DNA from: Deltaproteobacteria bacterium
GTDB taxonomy: Bacteria; Desulfobacterota; Desulfobacteria; Desulfobacterales; QNYZ01
NCBI GenBank assembly: GCA_003973265.1
Contig: QNYZ01000036.1
Coordinates: 3,434-67,433 of the forward strand
Direction of reading: 5' to 3'
Length of the DNA: 64,000 bases
Shown here: positions 19,953-29,912 of the stretch, piece after piece
Layout: every line of letters starts with the position of its first letter
Position numbering within the stretch: position 1 is the first letter of the stretch
Notes under the pieces: generated by a model
The model's database searches: none
Seen by the model: the letters and a program-made list of their open reading frames with translations, nothing else
What the model was told of the DNA's origin: nothing
Program-made: the position numbers and the translations under genes

Positions 19953-20933
19953 ATGAACGGGGCGGCATATGTGAAAAAAACCATCCTTCTGATCCTTGGC
20001 ACGGCGCTTTTGCTGGCTGCCCCGGCGATCCTGCCGCTCTACTGGATCATGATTACGACGGAAGTGCTGATCATGGGACTTTTTGCCATGGGGTTTAACC
20101 TGCTTTTGGGATATACCGGGCTGCTCTCCTTTGGCCAGGCCGGGTTTTTCGGTGTGGGGGCCTATACGGTGGCGCTGATCCTGTCCCATGGCGGAACCTC
20201 TGTTTTACTCTCTTTGGGCGCGGCGGTCGTTGTCGCGCTGATCACGGCGGTCGTCATCGGTTACCTGTGTGTGCGCCGGGACGAAATCTTCTTTGCGATG
20301 ATTACCCTCGGTTTCGGCATGATGCTCTACACCGTGGCCCACAACTGGGTGGAATTGACCGGCGGCAGCGATGGCCTGCCGCTGATGATGGTGCCGCCTC
20401 TGTCGTTTTTTGGCTGTGAGATCAGTCTCTTTGACCCCGTACAGATGTATCGCTTTGTTCTGGTTATGGTGATAATCGGAATATGGATTCTCTGGCGGAT
20501 TGTCCAGTCGCCTTTCGGCCTGATGCTTACCGCCATCCGGGAAAACAGGGAACGGCTCGCCTTTGTAGGGGCCAACGTGCGACAGCTTCGCCTGGCGGCC
20601 TTTGTCATCGCCGGCGGGGTGGCCGGACTGGCCGGCGGTCTGTTCGGTCTTTTCAACGCCATGGCCACGCCGGATATCATGCACTGGAGCTTTTCCGCCC
20701 GACCCGTGTTGATGACGGTGCTGGGAGGAATGGGGATCTTTTTCGGTCCCATGGCCGGCGCGGCCATCTATTTCGGTTTAGAGCAGATGATGACCCACCT
20801 GACCCAGAACTGGATGATTTTTCTGGGGCTGGCCCTGATCCCGGTGGTCATCTATTTTCCAAAAGGTATCCTTGGATCACTGGTTGCCTGGAAAAAAACA
20901 GTGCCGCAAAAACGAAAGAAGCCCCTCCCGTGA
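19953..20933 (+). CDS. LIV-type ABC permease (LivM-like)
   Basis: NLLLGYTGLLSFGQAGFFG, TGGSDGL, AIRENRER. Likely start is ATG 19953. Confidence 0.9.
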   Translation: MNGAAYVKKTILLILGTALLLAAPAILPLYWIMITTEVLIMGLFAMGFNLLLGYTGLLSFGQAGFFGVGAYTVALILSHGGTSVLLSLGAAVVVALITAVVIGYLCVRRDEIFFAMITLGFGMMLYTVAHNWVELTGGSDGLPLMMVPPLSFFGCEISLFDPVQMYRFVLVMVIIGIWILWRIVQSPFGLMLTAIRENRERLAFVGANVRQLRLAAFVIAGGVAGLAGGLFGLFNAMATPDIMHWSFSARPVLMTVLGGMGIFFGPMAGAAIYFGLEQMMTHLTQNWMIFLGLALIPVVIYFPKGILGSLVAWKKTVPQKRKKPLP

Positions 20934-21694
20934 CCGATACGCCCATCTTGGATATTCAAAACCTGGGCCATGCCTACGGCGATTATCTCGTGATCCGGGA
21001 CATCTCCATTTCCGTGGCACCCGGCGAGTTAACGGCCCTCATCGGCCCCAACGGCGCCGGGAAAACGACCTTCTACAATGCCGTCTCCGGGCGATTCAGG
21101 CCTTCCCGGGGCCGGGTATTTTTTGATGGTACCGACATCACCGGCACACCGGCACACAAAATCGTTCCCATGGGGCTGCTGCGGTCATTCCAGATCACCA
21201 ATATCTTTCCAAACCTGACTGTGGCGGAAAATGTGCTGGTGCCGCTGACCCTGCACCATGGCAAAGGCTTTTCGATGTTTAAACCGCTTTCCGGCCAGGC
21301 GGCCCTGTTTGACGAAGCGCACGCCGTACTGGCGCGTGTCGGCCTGTCCGATGTGGCTCACCGGCCGGTTCATGAGCTGGCTTATGGCGATAAGCGCCTG
21401 GTGGAAATGGCCATTGTGCTGGCCCGGCAGCCAAAGCTGGTTCTTCTCGATGAGCCGACCGCCGGAATGAATCCCGAAGAAACCGATCGGATGATTGCGC
21501 TGATCAAGGCGCTGGCCGCAGATTCCGGAACCACCTTTTTCCTGACCGAACACGATATGAAAGTGGTTTTTTCCGTGGCATCAACGATCTGTGTCCTCCA
21601 CCAGGGAAAACTGCTCGCCAAGGGCGATCCCCATGCCATTCAATCCGATCCCAGAGTCCGGGAAGCCTACCTGGGAGGGTCGCTCGATGATTGA
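20930..21694 (+). CDS. LIV-type ABC ATP-binding protein (LivG-like)
   Basis: GPNGAGKTT, LLDEPTAG, VREAYLG; GTG start overlaps the upstream stop. Confidence 0.9.
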   Translation: MTDTPILDIQNLGHAYGDYLVIRDISISVAPGELTALIGPNGAGKTTFYNAVSGRFRPSRGRVFFDGTDITGTPAHKIVPMGLLRSFQITNIFPNLTVAENVLVPLTLHHGKGFSMFKPLSGQAALFDEAHAVLARVGLSDVAHRPVHELAYGDKRLVEMAIVLARQPKLVLLDEPTAGMNPEETDRMIALIKALAADSGTTFFLTEHDMKVVFSVASTICVLHQGKLLAKGDPHAIQSDPRVREAYLGGSLDD

Positions 21695-22385
21695 GGTCAA
21701 AGATATCCATGTCTATATCGGTGACAGCTATATCCTCCAGGGAATGAGCCTGGAGATAAGAGACGGGGAGATCGTCTGCCTGCTCGGCCGAAATGGCGCC
21801 GGCAAGACCACGACGCTGCGGGGAATCATCGGCTACAATTCGCCGGCCCGGGGTGCGGTCCGGTTTGACGGTGAGGATATCACCGGGCGGCCGGTTTACG
21901 AAAATGTCCGGCGCGGCATCGGATTCGTTCCCGAGGATCGACGGGTCTTCCCGGATTTGAGTGTGGTTGAAAATCTGGAAATCGCCCGGCTCCCCCCACG
22001 TCCCGGCCAGTCGGCCTGGACGCGCGAACGGGTATTTACCCTGTTTCCCGAGCTGAAAAAGCTTGCAAACCACAAGGGCGGGCGGCTCAGCGGCGGCGAA
22101 CAGCAGATGGTATCCATTGCCCGGGCGCTGATGGGCAATCCGCGTATTTTATTGCTGGATGAACCCTGTGAAGGCCTGGCACCCCTGGTGGTGGAACGGC
22201 TGGGAGAGATCATCCGTCATCTCAAAGCGGATATGCCCATCCTGCTCACCGAACAAAACGCCCGCTTTGCTTTGGAAATCGCTCAGCGGGGCTATGTCAT
22301 TGACAAGGGGCGGGTGCGCTACGAAGGAACCACTGACGATCTGTCCACCAACGAAGAGATCCAGCAACGGTATCTGGCTGTTTGA
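21687..22385 (+). CDS. LIV-type ABC ATP-binding protein (LivF-like)
   Basis: GRNGAGKTT, LSGGEQQM, LLDEPCEGLAP. Confidence 0.9.
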   Translation: MIEVKDIHVYIGDSYILQGMSLEIRDGEIVCLLGRNGAGKTTTLRGIIGYNSPARGAVRFDGEDITGRPVYENVRRGIGFVPEDRRVFPDLSVVENLEIARLPPRPGQSAWTRERVFTLFPELKKLANHKGGRLSGGEQQMVSIARALMGNPRILLLDEPCEGLAPLVVERLGEIIRHLKADMPILLTEQNARFALEIAQRGYVIDKGRVRYEGTTDDLSTNEEIQQRYLAV

Positions 22386-22609
22386 TCCGGATGAAAGAAT
22401 GTCTTAGCCGACTATTACAGCGCCAAAAGAGACCTTGCCGGCTGGTATATCGGTTACCCGGCTGTTTTGAAACGTGATTTTGCAGAAAAATATATTCCAG
22501 GAATGCTGTGACCCACGGTTGATTTACTTTTAGTTCTTCAGCGAGAATTGCTGCTCCGGCGAAAATCATCAACCGATTGATACGCGTTTATCCTTCATCG
22601 ACGGAAGAT

Positions 22610-23446
22610 ATGAATATGATTGATCATCAAAGACCGCCGCATTTATCCACCCCGTGGCGAAAGTGGCTTTACGAAACGATTTTTGAAACCGACACGGCTG
22701 CGGGAAGATGGTTTGATATCCTGTTGATAATAAGCATCATTTTCAGCGTCATCGTGGTGATGCTCGACAGCGTGAACAGTATCCAGGTAAACTGGGGACA
22801 TTTCTTCTTTGTCCTGGAATGGTGTTTTACGCTGCTTTTTACAGCAGAATATGTGCTGCGGTTGATCTCCATCGGCAAGCCCGTCAAATATGCGGCCAGT
22901 TTCTGGGGAATCATTGATCTTCTGGCCATTATTCCCACCTATATCAGTATTCTTGTTCCACACAGCAAATTTCTACTGGTCATCCGGATTATTCGGCTGT
23001 TAAGAATATTCAGGGTTCTGAAACTGGTACGTTACATGAAGGAAGCGCAGCAACTGCGGGTGGCCATGCACGCCAGCCGCCACAAAATCGTGGTCTTCCT
23101 CTGTGCGGTGCTGGCGATGGTGATTATTTTCGGTTCCATCATTTATATCGTTGAAGGCGAGCAAAACGGATTTACGAGTATCCCCCGAAGCATCTACTGG
23201 GCCATCGTCACCCTGACCACGGTCGGCTATGGGGATATTTCCCCGAAAACCGATATCGGACAGGTATTGGCCGCCCTGGTCATGATCCTCGGTTATGGTA
23301 TTATCGCTGTTCCTACCGGTATCGTTACCGTAGAAATGACCCACGCCATGCAGCACAAGGCCATTACCCAGGCCTGCCCGGACTGCAGCAGCCAGGGGCA
23401 TGATTCAGATGCCGTATATTGTAAATACTGTGGCGCCCGCCTGTGA
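22610..23446 (+). CDS. 6-TM voltage-gated-type potassium channel with C-terminal Zn ribbon
   Basis: S4 RIIRLLRIFRVLK, filter TTVGYGD, CPDC..CKYC. Confidence 0.93.
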   Translation: MNMIDHQRPPHLSTPWRKWLYETIFETDTAAGRWFDILLIISIIFSVIVVMLDSVNSIQVNWGHFFFVLEWCFTLLFTAEYVLRLISIGKPVKYAASFWGIIDLLAIIPTYISILVPHSKFLLVIRIIRLLRIFRVLKLVRYMKEAQQLRVAMHASRHKIVVFLCAVLAMVIIFGSIIYIVEGEQNGFTSIPRSIYWAIVTLTTVGYGDISPKTDIGQVLAALVMILGYGIIAVPTGIVTVEMTHAMQHKAITQACPDCSSQGHDSDAVYCKYCGARL

Positions 23447-23485
23447 TCCTTTAAAAAAACAACGGCCGGAAATCCGATTTTTTTC

Positions 23486-23536
23486 TTGACATTCCGGCCG
23501 TATCCTTTAATATATGAATAAATGTTCATATATTAA
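23486..23536 (+). promoter_or_regulatory. Sigma70 promoter with overlapping SmtB/CzrA-type operator
   Basis: TTGACA at 23486; perfect inverted repeat TTAATATATGAA-N6-TTCATATATTAA at 23507-23536. Confidence 0.8.
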
Positions 23537-23547
23537 AGGATACGGCC

Positions 23548-23922
23548 ATGTCCGCTGCCCCCCAAATCTGTATAGATGACGATTTTTGCCATGTTCGCTT
23601 TATTCACCTCAACCGCGTCCGCGCGGCACGGCTTGCCAAGCTCTCCGACAAAGAGACCGCCAAAATGGCGGCGATTTTCAAAGTTCTGGGAGATCCGACC
23701 CGGCTCAGCATCGTGTCGGCCCTGCGCGATGGCGAAATGTGTGTATGTGATCTGGCCGCCTTTTTAAAGATGACGGAATCGGCTGTCTCGCATCATCTCA
23801 GACGGCTTCGGGATCTGTCACTGGTTAAAAACCGGCGGGATGGCCAGGTTCTTTATTATTCACTGGATGATGATCATGTCCAGGCCCTGGTAACCATGGC
23901 GCTGGACCATGTGCGGGAATAA
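23548..23922 (+). CDS. ArsR/SmtB-family metal-sensing repressor
   Basis: LGDPTRL, EMCVCDL, SAVSHHLR; alpha5 site DDHVQALVTMALDHVRE. Confidence 0.93.
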   Translation: MSAAPQICIDDDFCHVRFIHLNRVRAARLAKLSDKETAKMAAIFKVLGDPTRLSIVSALRDGEMCVCDLAAFLKMTESAVSHHLRRLRDLSLVKNRRDGQVLYYSLDDDHVQALVTMALDHVRE

Positions 23923-24007
23923 CTGCAATCATTGATCAATGCACCGGAGTTTCCATGTTTTTTTGGAAAACCGCCTCACAGACAACCGTTACATAAAAAG
24001 GCAAGAA

Positions 24008-25123
24008 ATGAATTTGTTACTCAATATACTCCTTGAGGCATGGCATCTGCTCACCGAATCGGCCGTCTATGTTCTATTCGGGCTGCTGGTCAGCGGATGG
24101 CTGCATGTCTTTTTAAACCCCGGTACCGTGGCCAGGCATCTGGGCCAGGGGCGATTCCGGTCCGTCTTCAAAGCCGCCCTGTGGGGAATTCCGATTCCAC
24201 TCTGTTCATGCGGCGTTCTGCCCGCTGCGGCGTCTCTCAAGAAACAGGGAGCCAACACCGGTGCCACCACGGCATTTCTCATATCCACGCCTGAATCCGG
24301 CGTGGATTCCATCGCCATTACCTATGCCCTGCTGGACCCATTGATGGCTGTAGCGCGCCCGGTGGCCGCCTTTATTACCGCCACGGTGGCCGGTATGACC
24401 GAAAATCTTTTTCCCGGCTCAAAAACGGCGGAAATAGCACCGGACCTGTCCTGCCCCGTTGACGGCTGCTGTGATGGAATCGACTGCCCGCCCGATACCC
24501 ACAATCACCACCACAGCCTGGCCGATAAAATACGATCCGGATTCACCTATTCCGCCACGGAAATATGGGGAGACCTGGCCCGCTGGTTTTTCCTGGGCCT
24601 GCTCCTGGCCGGAATCATCAGCGCCACCATCCCGGCCTCTTTTTTTGAGAAACACCTCGGAGCCGGACTGCCGTCCATGCTGCTGATGCTGGCCGTCGGT
24701 GTTCCGTTATATATCTGTGCCACCTCCTCCACCCCCATCGCCGCCGCGTTGATTTTAAAGGGCGTCAGCCCGGGCGCCGCCCTGGTTTTTTTGCTGGCCG
24801 GTCCCGCTACCAATATCACGTCGCTGACCGTATTGATCGGCGTTCTGGGCCGCCGGGCCACTATTATCTATCTTGCCGCCATTGCCATCATGTCAGTAAT
24901 TTTCGGAATGATGCTTGATCAGGTCTATGCCATGCTCGACATCTCCGCCAGGGCGGCCGCGGGTGCGGCCGGGGAAATCATTCCCGCCTGGGTCGAACTG
25001 GCCGCAACAGGCATCCTGCTGGCCTTGTCCGTTAAGCCAATCCTGGGCGGGCTGCTGAAACACGGCCCGTCTGAAGAGAAGGGCCATTTAACACACAGCC
25101 ATGGTCCAGCAGGGTCTACATGA
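24008..25123 (+). CDS. DUF318 / SO_0444-family metal permease
   Basis: GIPIPLCSCGVLP, FLISTPESGVDS, Cys/His-rich loop, YICATSSTP, LAGPATN. Confidence 0.88.
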   Translation: MNLLLNILLEAWHLLTESAVYVLFGLLVSGWLHVFLNPGTVARHLGQGRFRSVFKAALWGIPIPLCSCGVLPAAASLKKQGANTGATTAFLISTPESGVDSIAITYALLDPLMAVARPVAAFITATVAGMTENLFPGSKTAEIAPDLSCPVDGCCDGIDCPPDTHNHHHSLADKIRSGFTYSATEIWGDLARWFFLGLLLAGIISATIPASFFEKHLGAGLPSMLLMLAVGVPLYICATSSTPIAAALILKGVSPGAALVFLLAGPATNITSLTVLIGVLGRRATIIYLAAIAIMSVIFGMMLDQVYAMLDISARAAAGAAGEIIPAWVELAATGILLALSVKPILGGLLKHGPSEEKGHLTHSHGPAGST

Positions 25124-25188
25124 GGGTGCAATTAAGATTCGGTCGAATCTTTACAAGACGGCGTAAATAGAATCCCCGCGTATTTTTT

Positions 25189-26250
25189 CTACTGCGACTG
25201 CCCCCGGATACCCGAGGATATCTTTCCCGGGCCATCGACCTGTTTCAGCCGTAGACGAAATGCATCGTACTTAACATTTCCCTGCCAATGACCAGTCACC
25301 CGCGCCAGATAAATGGAACCAAAAAACAGCCCCAGAATCACCACGGCAACGGAAGCGGTGGACCAGACAGTCTGCCAGAGGCCGAATGTTTTCAGCTCCA
25401 GGGTGTTGGGGACCGGGCAAACCCGGACACACTCCATACAGCCACTGCATTCGGGGCTGAATATCTTTGTTTTCTGATCCACCGGCAGGTTGTACGGGCA
25501 TTGCCGGGCACACTTTCCGCAATGGATACAATTATCGGCATGGCGACGGATACGGGTGGGGCCGAAAAAGGCCAGAATCCCCATGAGGGCACCATAAGGG
25601 CAGAGGTAGCGGCACCAGAAATTTTTAATGAACACCGAGACGGCTATGAGGAAAATGAGAACCCCGGCCGTAAAAGCGGTCATCCGGGTAAAAAAATGGA
25701 GCATTTTAACATCGGACATCTGATAATACGGGCTGTGGATAAAAACCTCAATCGTGGCCCGATCCATTTTAAGAATCGCCCAGACGAAAAAACCCAGCAA
25801 TACGTATTTAACGGCCCGCAGGAGATAATCGGCCCATATCGGCAGTCGAAAATTCCGGCCGAACCATCGCTGGCCGAGCTGCCACATCCACTCGGAAAGG
25901 GTCCCCACCGGACAGACCCACCCGCAAAAGGATTTTCGCAACCCAAAGGAAATAAGCGCGGCGAAACCAAGGATCACCATGGCGGCCGGATGGACCGGAT
26001 CCCAGGTACCGGTCGTGAAGAAAAGTTTGAATCCCATCAGTGCCCCGATGGGTAAGAACCCCTCTACCCCGGGTGGTCGCTGAACGGTTATGGCTGATAG
26101 TTCGCCTGCCTGGAAAACGAAAATGGCAAACTGAACCCCCACGGCAAGGGTCAAAATAAAAAACACCAGCTGCACCCGGCGGCGAAGCGGCCAACGAAAA
26201 TGACCGGTCTGCCGGGGAGCCGGTTTTAAAGAGGTCTGTTGGTTTTCCAT
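25189..26250 (-). CDS. Membrane 4Fe-4S protein (NapH/YccM-like polyferredoxin)
   Basis: FCGWVCPVG, WCRYLCPYG, CIHCGKCARQCP, CSGCMECVRVCP plus TM helices. Confidence 0.87.
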   Translation of the reverse strand: MENQQTSLKPAPRQTGHFRWPLRRRVQLVFFILTLAVGVQFAIFVFQAGELSAITVQRPPGVEGFLPIGALMGFKLFFTTGTWDPVHPAAMVILGFAALISFGLRKSFCGWVCPVGTLSEWMWQLGQRWFGRNFRLPIWADYLLRAVKYVLLGFFVWAILKMDRATIEVFIHSPYYQMSDVKMLHFFTRMTAFTAGVLIFLIAVSVFIKNFWCRYLCPYGALMGILAFFGPTRIRRHADNCIHCGKCARQCPYNLPVDQKTKIFSPECSGCMECVRVCPVPNTLELKTFGLWQTVWSTASVAVVILGLFFGSIYLARVTGHWQGNVKYDAFRLRLKQVDGPGKISSGIRGQSQ

Positions 26251-26373
26251 AATTATATCGCCTGGAAACGATGGTCGGATGTATGTAAAATAGTGAGGCA
26301 CCGGCCACGTGAATGCCAGCTCATTTTAATTCATCGATATCTCGGGAGATTGACTTTAAATGCCGGAAGGCAC

Positions 26374-26991
26374 CTAAAAGGTCCCCATAATCTCTTCCAC
26401 CGAATTCTTGATGTGGGCGGCACTGATCGCCCGTAGTCGATCCGCGTCTTTGGCTTCAACGGCCTGAATAATCTCCAATGTTTCGGTAAAAAAGGTTTTA
26501 GGGTCAATTTTACGGGAAATGGAAAGCCAGAAACGAAGGTATTGGATCAGTATCCGTTCAAGCATCTGTGCCAGTTGATGGTTTTTGGTGGCCTGAAACA
26601 GCGTCCGGTGAAACTTGACATCCATCTCAACGAGCTGCCTGTTGGAAGGGGTATCACCGATTTCCCGGATCTCTTGGCGAATCTCCCCCAGGACGGCCAG
26701 TTCCTCCGCTGTTATTCGATCCATAGCCATGATATTGGCCTGAACTTCGATAATATTTCGGATTTCGGTAATCTCTTTCAAGCGTCCCAGGCTGAGGGGC
26801 GTCACAATAAAATGAGACCCGTGACGCAGCACCCAGCCGTCGGCCTCAAGGAGGATCAAGACCTCCTTGATGGGTGTACGGCTGACGCCGAAAGATTCGG
26901 CCAGCGCGCTCAGGTTGAGATACGCTTCCGGCAACAGGTCCAGCCAGATAATTTTTTCCCGCAATTGCCTGTAAATTTCCTCAGGTTCCAT
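26374..26991 (-). CDS. GntR-family (FCD) transcriptional regulator
   Basis: LAESFGVSRTPIKE HTH; DVKFHRTLFQATKN FCD motif. Confidence 0.9.
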   Translation of the reverse strand: MEPEEIYRQLREKIIWLDLLPEAYLNLSALAESFGVSRTPIKEVLILLEADGWVLRHGSHFIVTPLSLGRLKEITEIRNIIEVQANIMAMDRITAEELAVLGEIRQEIREIGDTPSNRQLVEMDVKFHRTLFQATKNHQLAQMLERILIQYLRFWLSISRKIDPKTFFTETLEIIQAVEAKDADRLRAISAAHIKNSVEEIMGTF

Positions 26992-27389
26992 TCCATACCC
27001 CGTTTTCAGGGACTCCCCTTTTTATCCGCCACCACCCGTGGATCCTGCCGGATCCCCAAGCGCAGATGGCAGATGTAAAAATATTTTGCCGCCCTTGCCG
27101 CCCTTGTCGTATGCACCCTAAATGCACCGTTGATTTGCGTCAAGTATTTTAACCCAGGCAAACTGAAACCTTCAGATAAAAGCACCTGTGCAAAACAGTT
27201 TCGCGCGAAATCGAAATGCCGGACGACCTGTGAATAAAATGAACCATTTTTTTGCAATAATATTTGGTGTTTACTTAAACAGCACAAAAAATATTGACTT
27301 GTATCATATTTCAATATATTTTGTATCAACTTAGTATTTATAGTAAATTTATTATAGATTCCTTTCAAGTTTTCCAAAGAGATTTTATC

Positions 27390-28553
27390 ATGGACAACCT
27401 TATCTATCTTGATAATGGTGCGACCTCCTTTCCAAAACCGGAACCGGTTTATGCTTTCATGGATGAATTTTACCGGAACAATGGGGTCAGTCCCGGCCGT
27501 TCCGGATATGATCTGGCCATTGAGACCGGAAATATCGTCGAAGATACCCGGAAATCGCTCACCCGGTATTTCAACGGTACGGATCCCAACCGACTTGTCT
27601 TTTCATCCAATTCAACCGATGCCTTGAATCTTGCGATCTCCGGACTGCTCAATCCCGGAGACCACGTCATCACCACCGCGCTGGAGCACAACTCAGTCTT
27701 GCGCCCCTTATACCATCAATCTTTATACAATCATGTCGAGGTCGACTATATCCCCTTTGACGGAAACGGATTTGTCGACCCGGACGATTTTGCATCCCGA
27801 ATAAAAAGCAACACCCGGCTGATCGTGGTCAATCACGGTTCCAATGTTATCGGGACCGTGCAACCCATTAAAGAGATCGGAAAGCTTTGCAAAGGCATCG
27901 GGGCCACATTCCTGGTGGACGCATCCCAGACAGCCGGCAAACTCCCCATTGACATTGAAGCGCAGAATATCGATGTTGTCGTCTTTACCGGCCATAAATC
28001 CCTTTTGGGCCCCACGGGTATCGGCGGATTATATGTAAAAGAAAATGTGATCATCAAACAGACCCGCGCAGGGGGCACCGGCGTCAAATCCGCCAAGCGG
28101 ACCCATCTTGAAGAATATCCCTACCGCCTCGAATATGGGACCTTGAATATCGTCGGCATCGCCGGGCTGTACGCATCGCTGAACTGGCTGTTTGAAAAGG
28201 GTATTGATAATATCCACCAGCATGAAATGAACCTGACCCGGCAATTGCGGAACGGACTTGCCGAAATTGACAATGTCGTTACGTATTGTGTTGATGATCT
28301 GGCGGATCACATCGGCGTGTTAAGTTTCAATATCAAGGGGTTCGAAGCGGTCAATACCGGTACAATCCTGGATGGCGAATATGACATCGCCTGTCGAACC
28401 GGGCTGCAATGTGCCCCGCTGGTCCACGAACAGCTTGGCACGGACAGAATTCACGGAACTGTCCGTATGGGACTGGGGCCGTTTAATACCCCATCCCATG
28501 TTGAAAAGGCCATCGGTGCCATAAGGGAGATCGCATCGACTTATGGCCGGTAG
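27390..28553 (+). CDS. Class V PLP aminotransferase / cysteine desulfurase-family protein
   Basis: IYLDNGATSFPKP, EHNSVLRP, DASQ, TGHKSLLGPTG, RTGLQCAP. Confidence 0.9.
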   Translation: MDNLIYLDNGATSFPKPEPVYAFMDEFYRNNGVSPGRSGYDLAIETGNIVEDTRKSLTRYFNGTDPNRLVFSSNSTDALNLAISGLLNPGDHVITTALEHNSVLRPLYHQSLYNHVEVDYIPFDGNGFVDPDDFASRIKSNTRLIVVNHGSNVIGTVQPIKEIGKLCKGIGATFLVDASQTAGKLPIDIEAQNIDVVVFTGHKSLLGPTGIGGLYVKENVIIKQTRAGGTGVKSAKRTHLEEYPYRLEYGTLNIVGIAGLYASLNWLFEKGIDNIHQHEMNLTRQLRNGLAEIDNVVTYCVDDLADHIGVLSFNIKGFEAVNTGTILDGEYDIACRTGLQCAPLVHEQLGTDRIHGTVRMGLGPFNTPSHVEKAIGAIREIASTYGR

Positions 28554-28683
28554 AATCGGCTTTACCGGTGGAGTTAAAAATGATGGTCCGTCTCCCGCTT
28601 ATATGATATCGTCTTGACAATGGGGTGACGCATAAAATACGTTTTGCACCTTTCCAATACCAAACGAAAAAAGGAGGTTCGGT

Positions 28684-29814
28684 ATGTTTAAGCGATTGGT
28701 TCTCTGTTCTTCATTTCTCTTCCTGGCCTTATTGCTGGTGGTCAGTGCAACGCCCTCGGCAAATGCCGCAGACACGATCAAAATCGGGCTGTCCGCTCCC
28801 CTCACAGGAGATTGGGCGGAATACGGCAACGATTTTAAACGATCGGTCACCATGGTCTTTGACGCCGCTAATAAAGCCGGGGGCATCGATGGCAAGCAAC
28901 TTGAGCTGGTCATTCTTGACAGCCGCGGCGATCCCAAGGAGTCGGTCCTGATTGCCGAAAAATTCGTCGCCAATCCAGACATCATTGCCGAAATCGGCGA
29001 TTTCAGCAGCTCCAGCTGCATGGCGGCCGCGCCGGTGTACGAAAAAGCGAACATGGTCCAGTTGTCGCCCACCTCGTCTCATATGGATTTCACCAAAAAA
29101 GGAAAAAACATGTTTCGCGTGGTGACAACCCAGGGGATTGAAGGGCCGTTTAACGCCCGCTGGGCAGTGAAAGACCTGGGCAAAAAACGCATCGCCACCG
29201 TCTACATCAATAATGACTGGGGCGTTGACGCCAATAAGTACTTTGTAGAAGAGGCCGAGAAGCTGGGCGCCGAAATTCTGACCCAGGAAGCGTTTGTCCC
29301 TGGAGAAAAAGATTTTACGGCGATCCTGACCAAAATCAAACGCCTGAAACCCGATCTCGTCTATCTGCCGGCTTTTTATGCCGACGCGGCGGCGATTTTA
29401 AACCAGGCCAAGCGTATGCACTTTAAAACCACGGTGATGGCGCCGGGCTCCCTGTTTTCGGAAAAAACCATTGAGCTTGGCGGTCAGGCCGTTGAAGGCA
29501 TCCTGGTGGCAGCTAATTATTTCAGTACCGATCCCCGGCCGGCAGCTCAGGCATTTAACAAAGCCTATCAGGCTGCTTACGGGAAAAAACCGAACATGTT
29601 TGCTGCCCTGGCCTACGATGCCGCCGGCCTGATGGTCGCCGCCCTTAAGGTGCCCGGCGTTGACAGCCGCGCCAAGGTTCGCCCGGCCCTGGAGGGGCTC
29701 AAAGGGTACAATGGGGCCACCGGTTCGATCTCCTATGCCAATGGTCATGACCCGCAAAAGGAATTGCTCAAGATAACCATCAAAGATGGCAAGTGGGTGG
29801 TTTACAACCGCTAG
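28684..29814 (+). CDS. LIV/HAAT-family ABC substrate-binding protein
   Basis: AGGAGG RBS, signal peptide, IKIGLSAPLTG, NNDWG, ALAYDA. Confidence 0.9.
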   Translation: MFKRLVLCSSFLFLALLLVVSATPSANAADTIKIGLSAPLTGDWAEYGNDFKRSVTMVFDAANKAGGIDGKQLELVILDSRGDPKESVLIAEKFVANPDIIAEIGDFSSSSCMAAAPVYEKANMVQLSPTSSHMDFTKKGKNMFRVVTTQGIEGPFNARWAVKDLGKKRIATVYINNDWGVDANKYFVEEAEKLGAEILTQEAFVPGEKDFTAILTKIKRLKPDLVYLPAFYADAAAILNQAKRMHFKTTVMAPGSLFSEKTIELGGQAVEGILVAANYFSTDPRPAAQAFNKAYQAAYGKKPNMFAALAYDAAGLMVAALKVPGVDSRAKVRPALEGLKGYNGATGSISYANGHDPQKELLKITIKDGKWVVYNR

Positions 29815-29912
29815 CCTCCTGTCGTTATCCAATCACCGGTTTCCCTGCTCACAACGGGGAAACCGTTTACTTTTAACCGATCACCCTATCGAACAACGGG
29901 AACGTTCGCGGT

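Noticed and set aside
27006..27377. 123-aa minus-strand ORF and a short TTGCCGCCC tandem repeat
   Set aside because: Lies in an AT-rich divergent promoter region with no family motif; the repeat has only about two and a half units.
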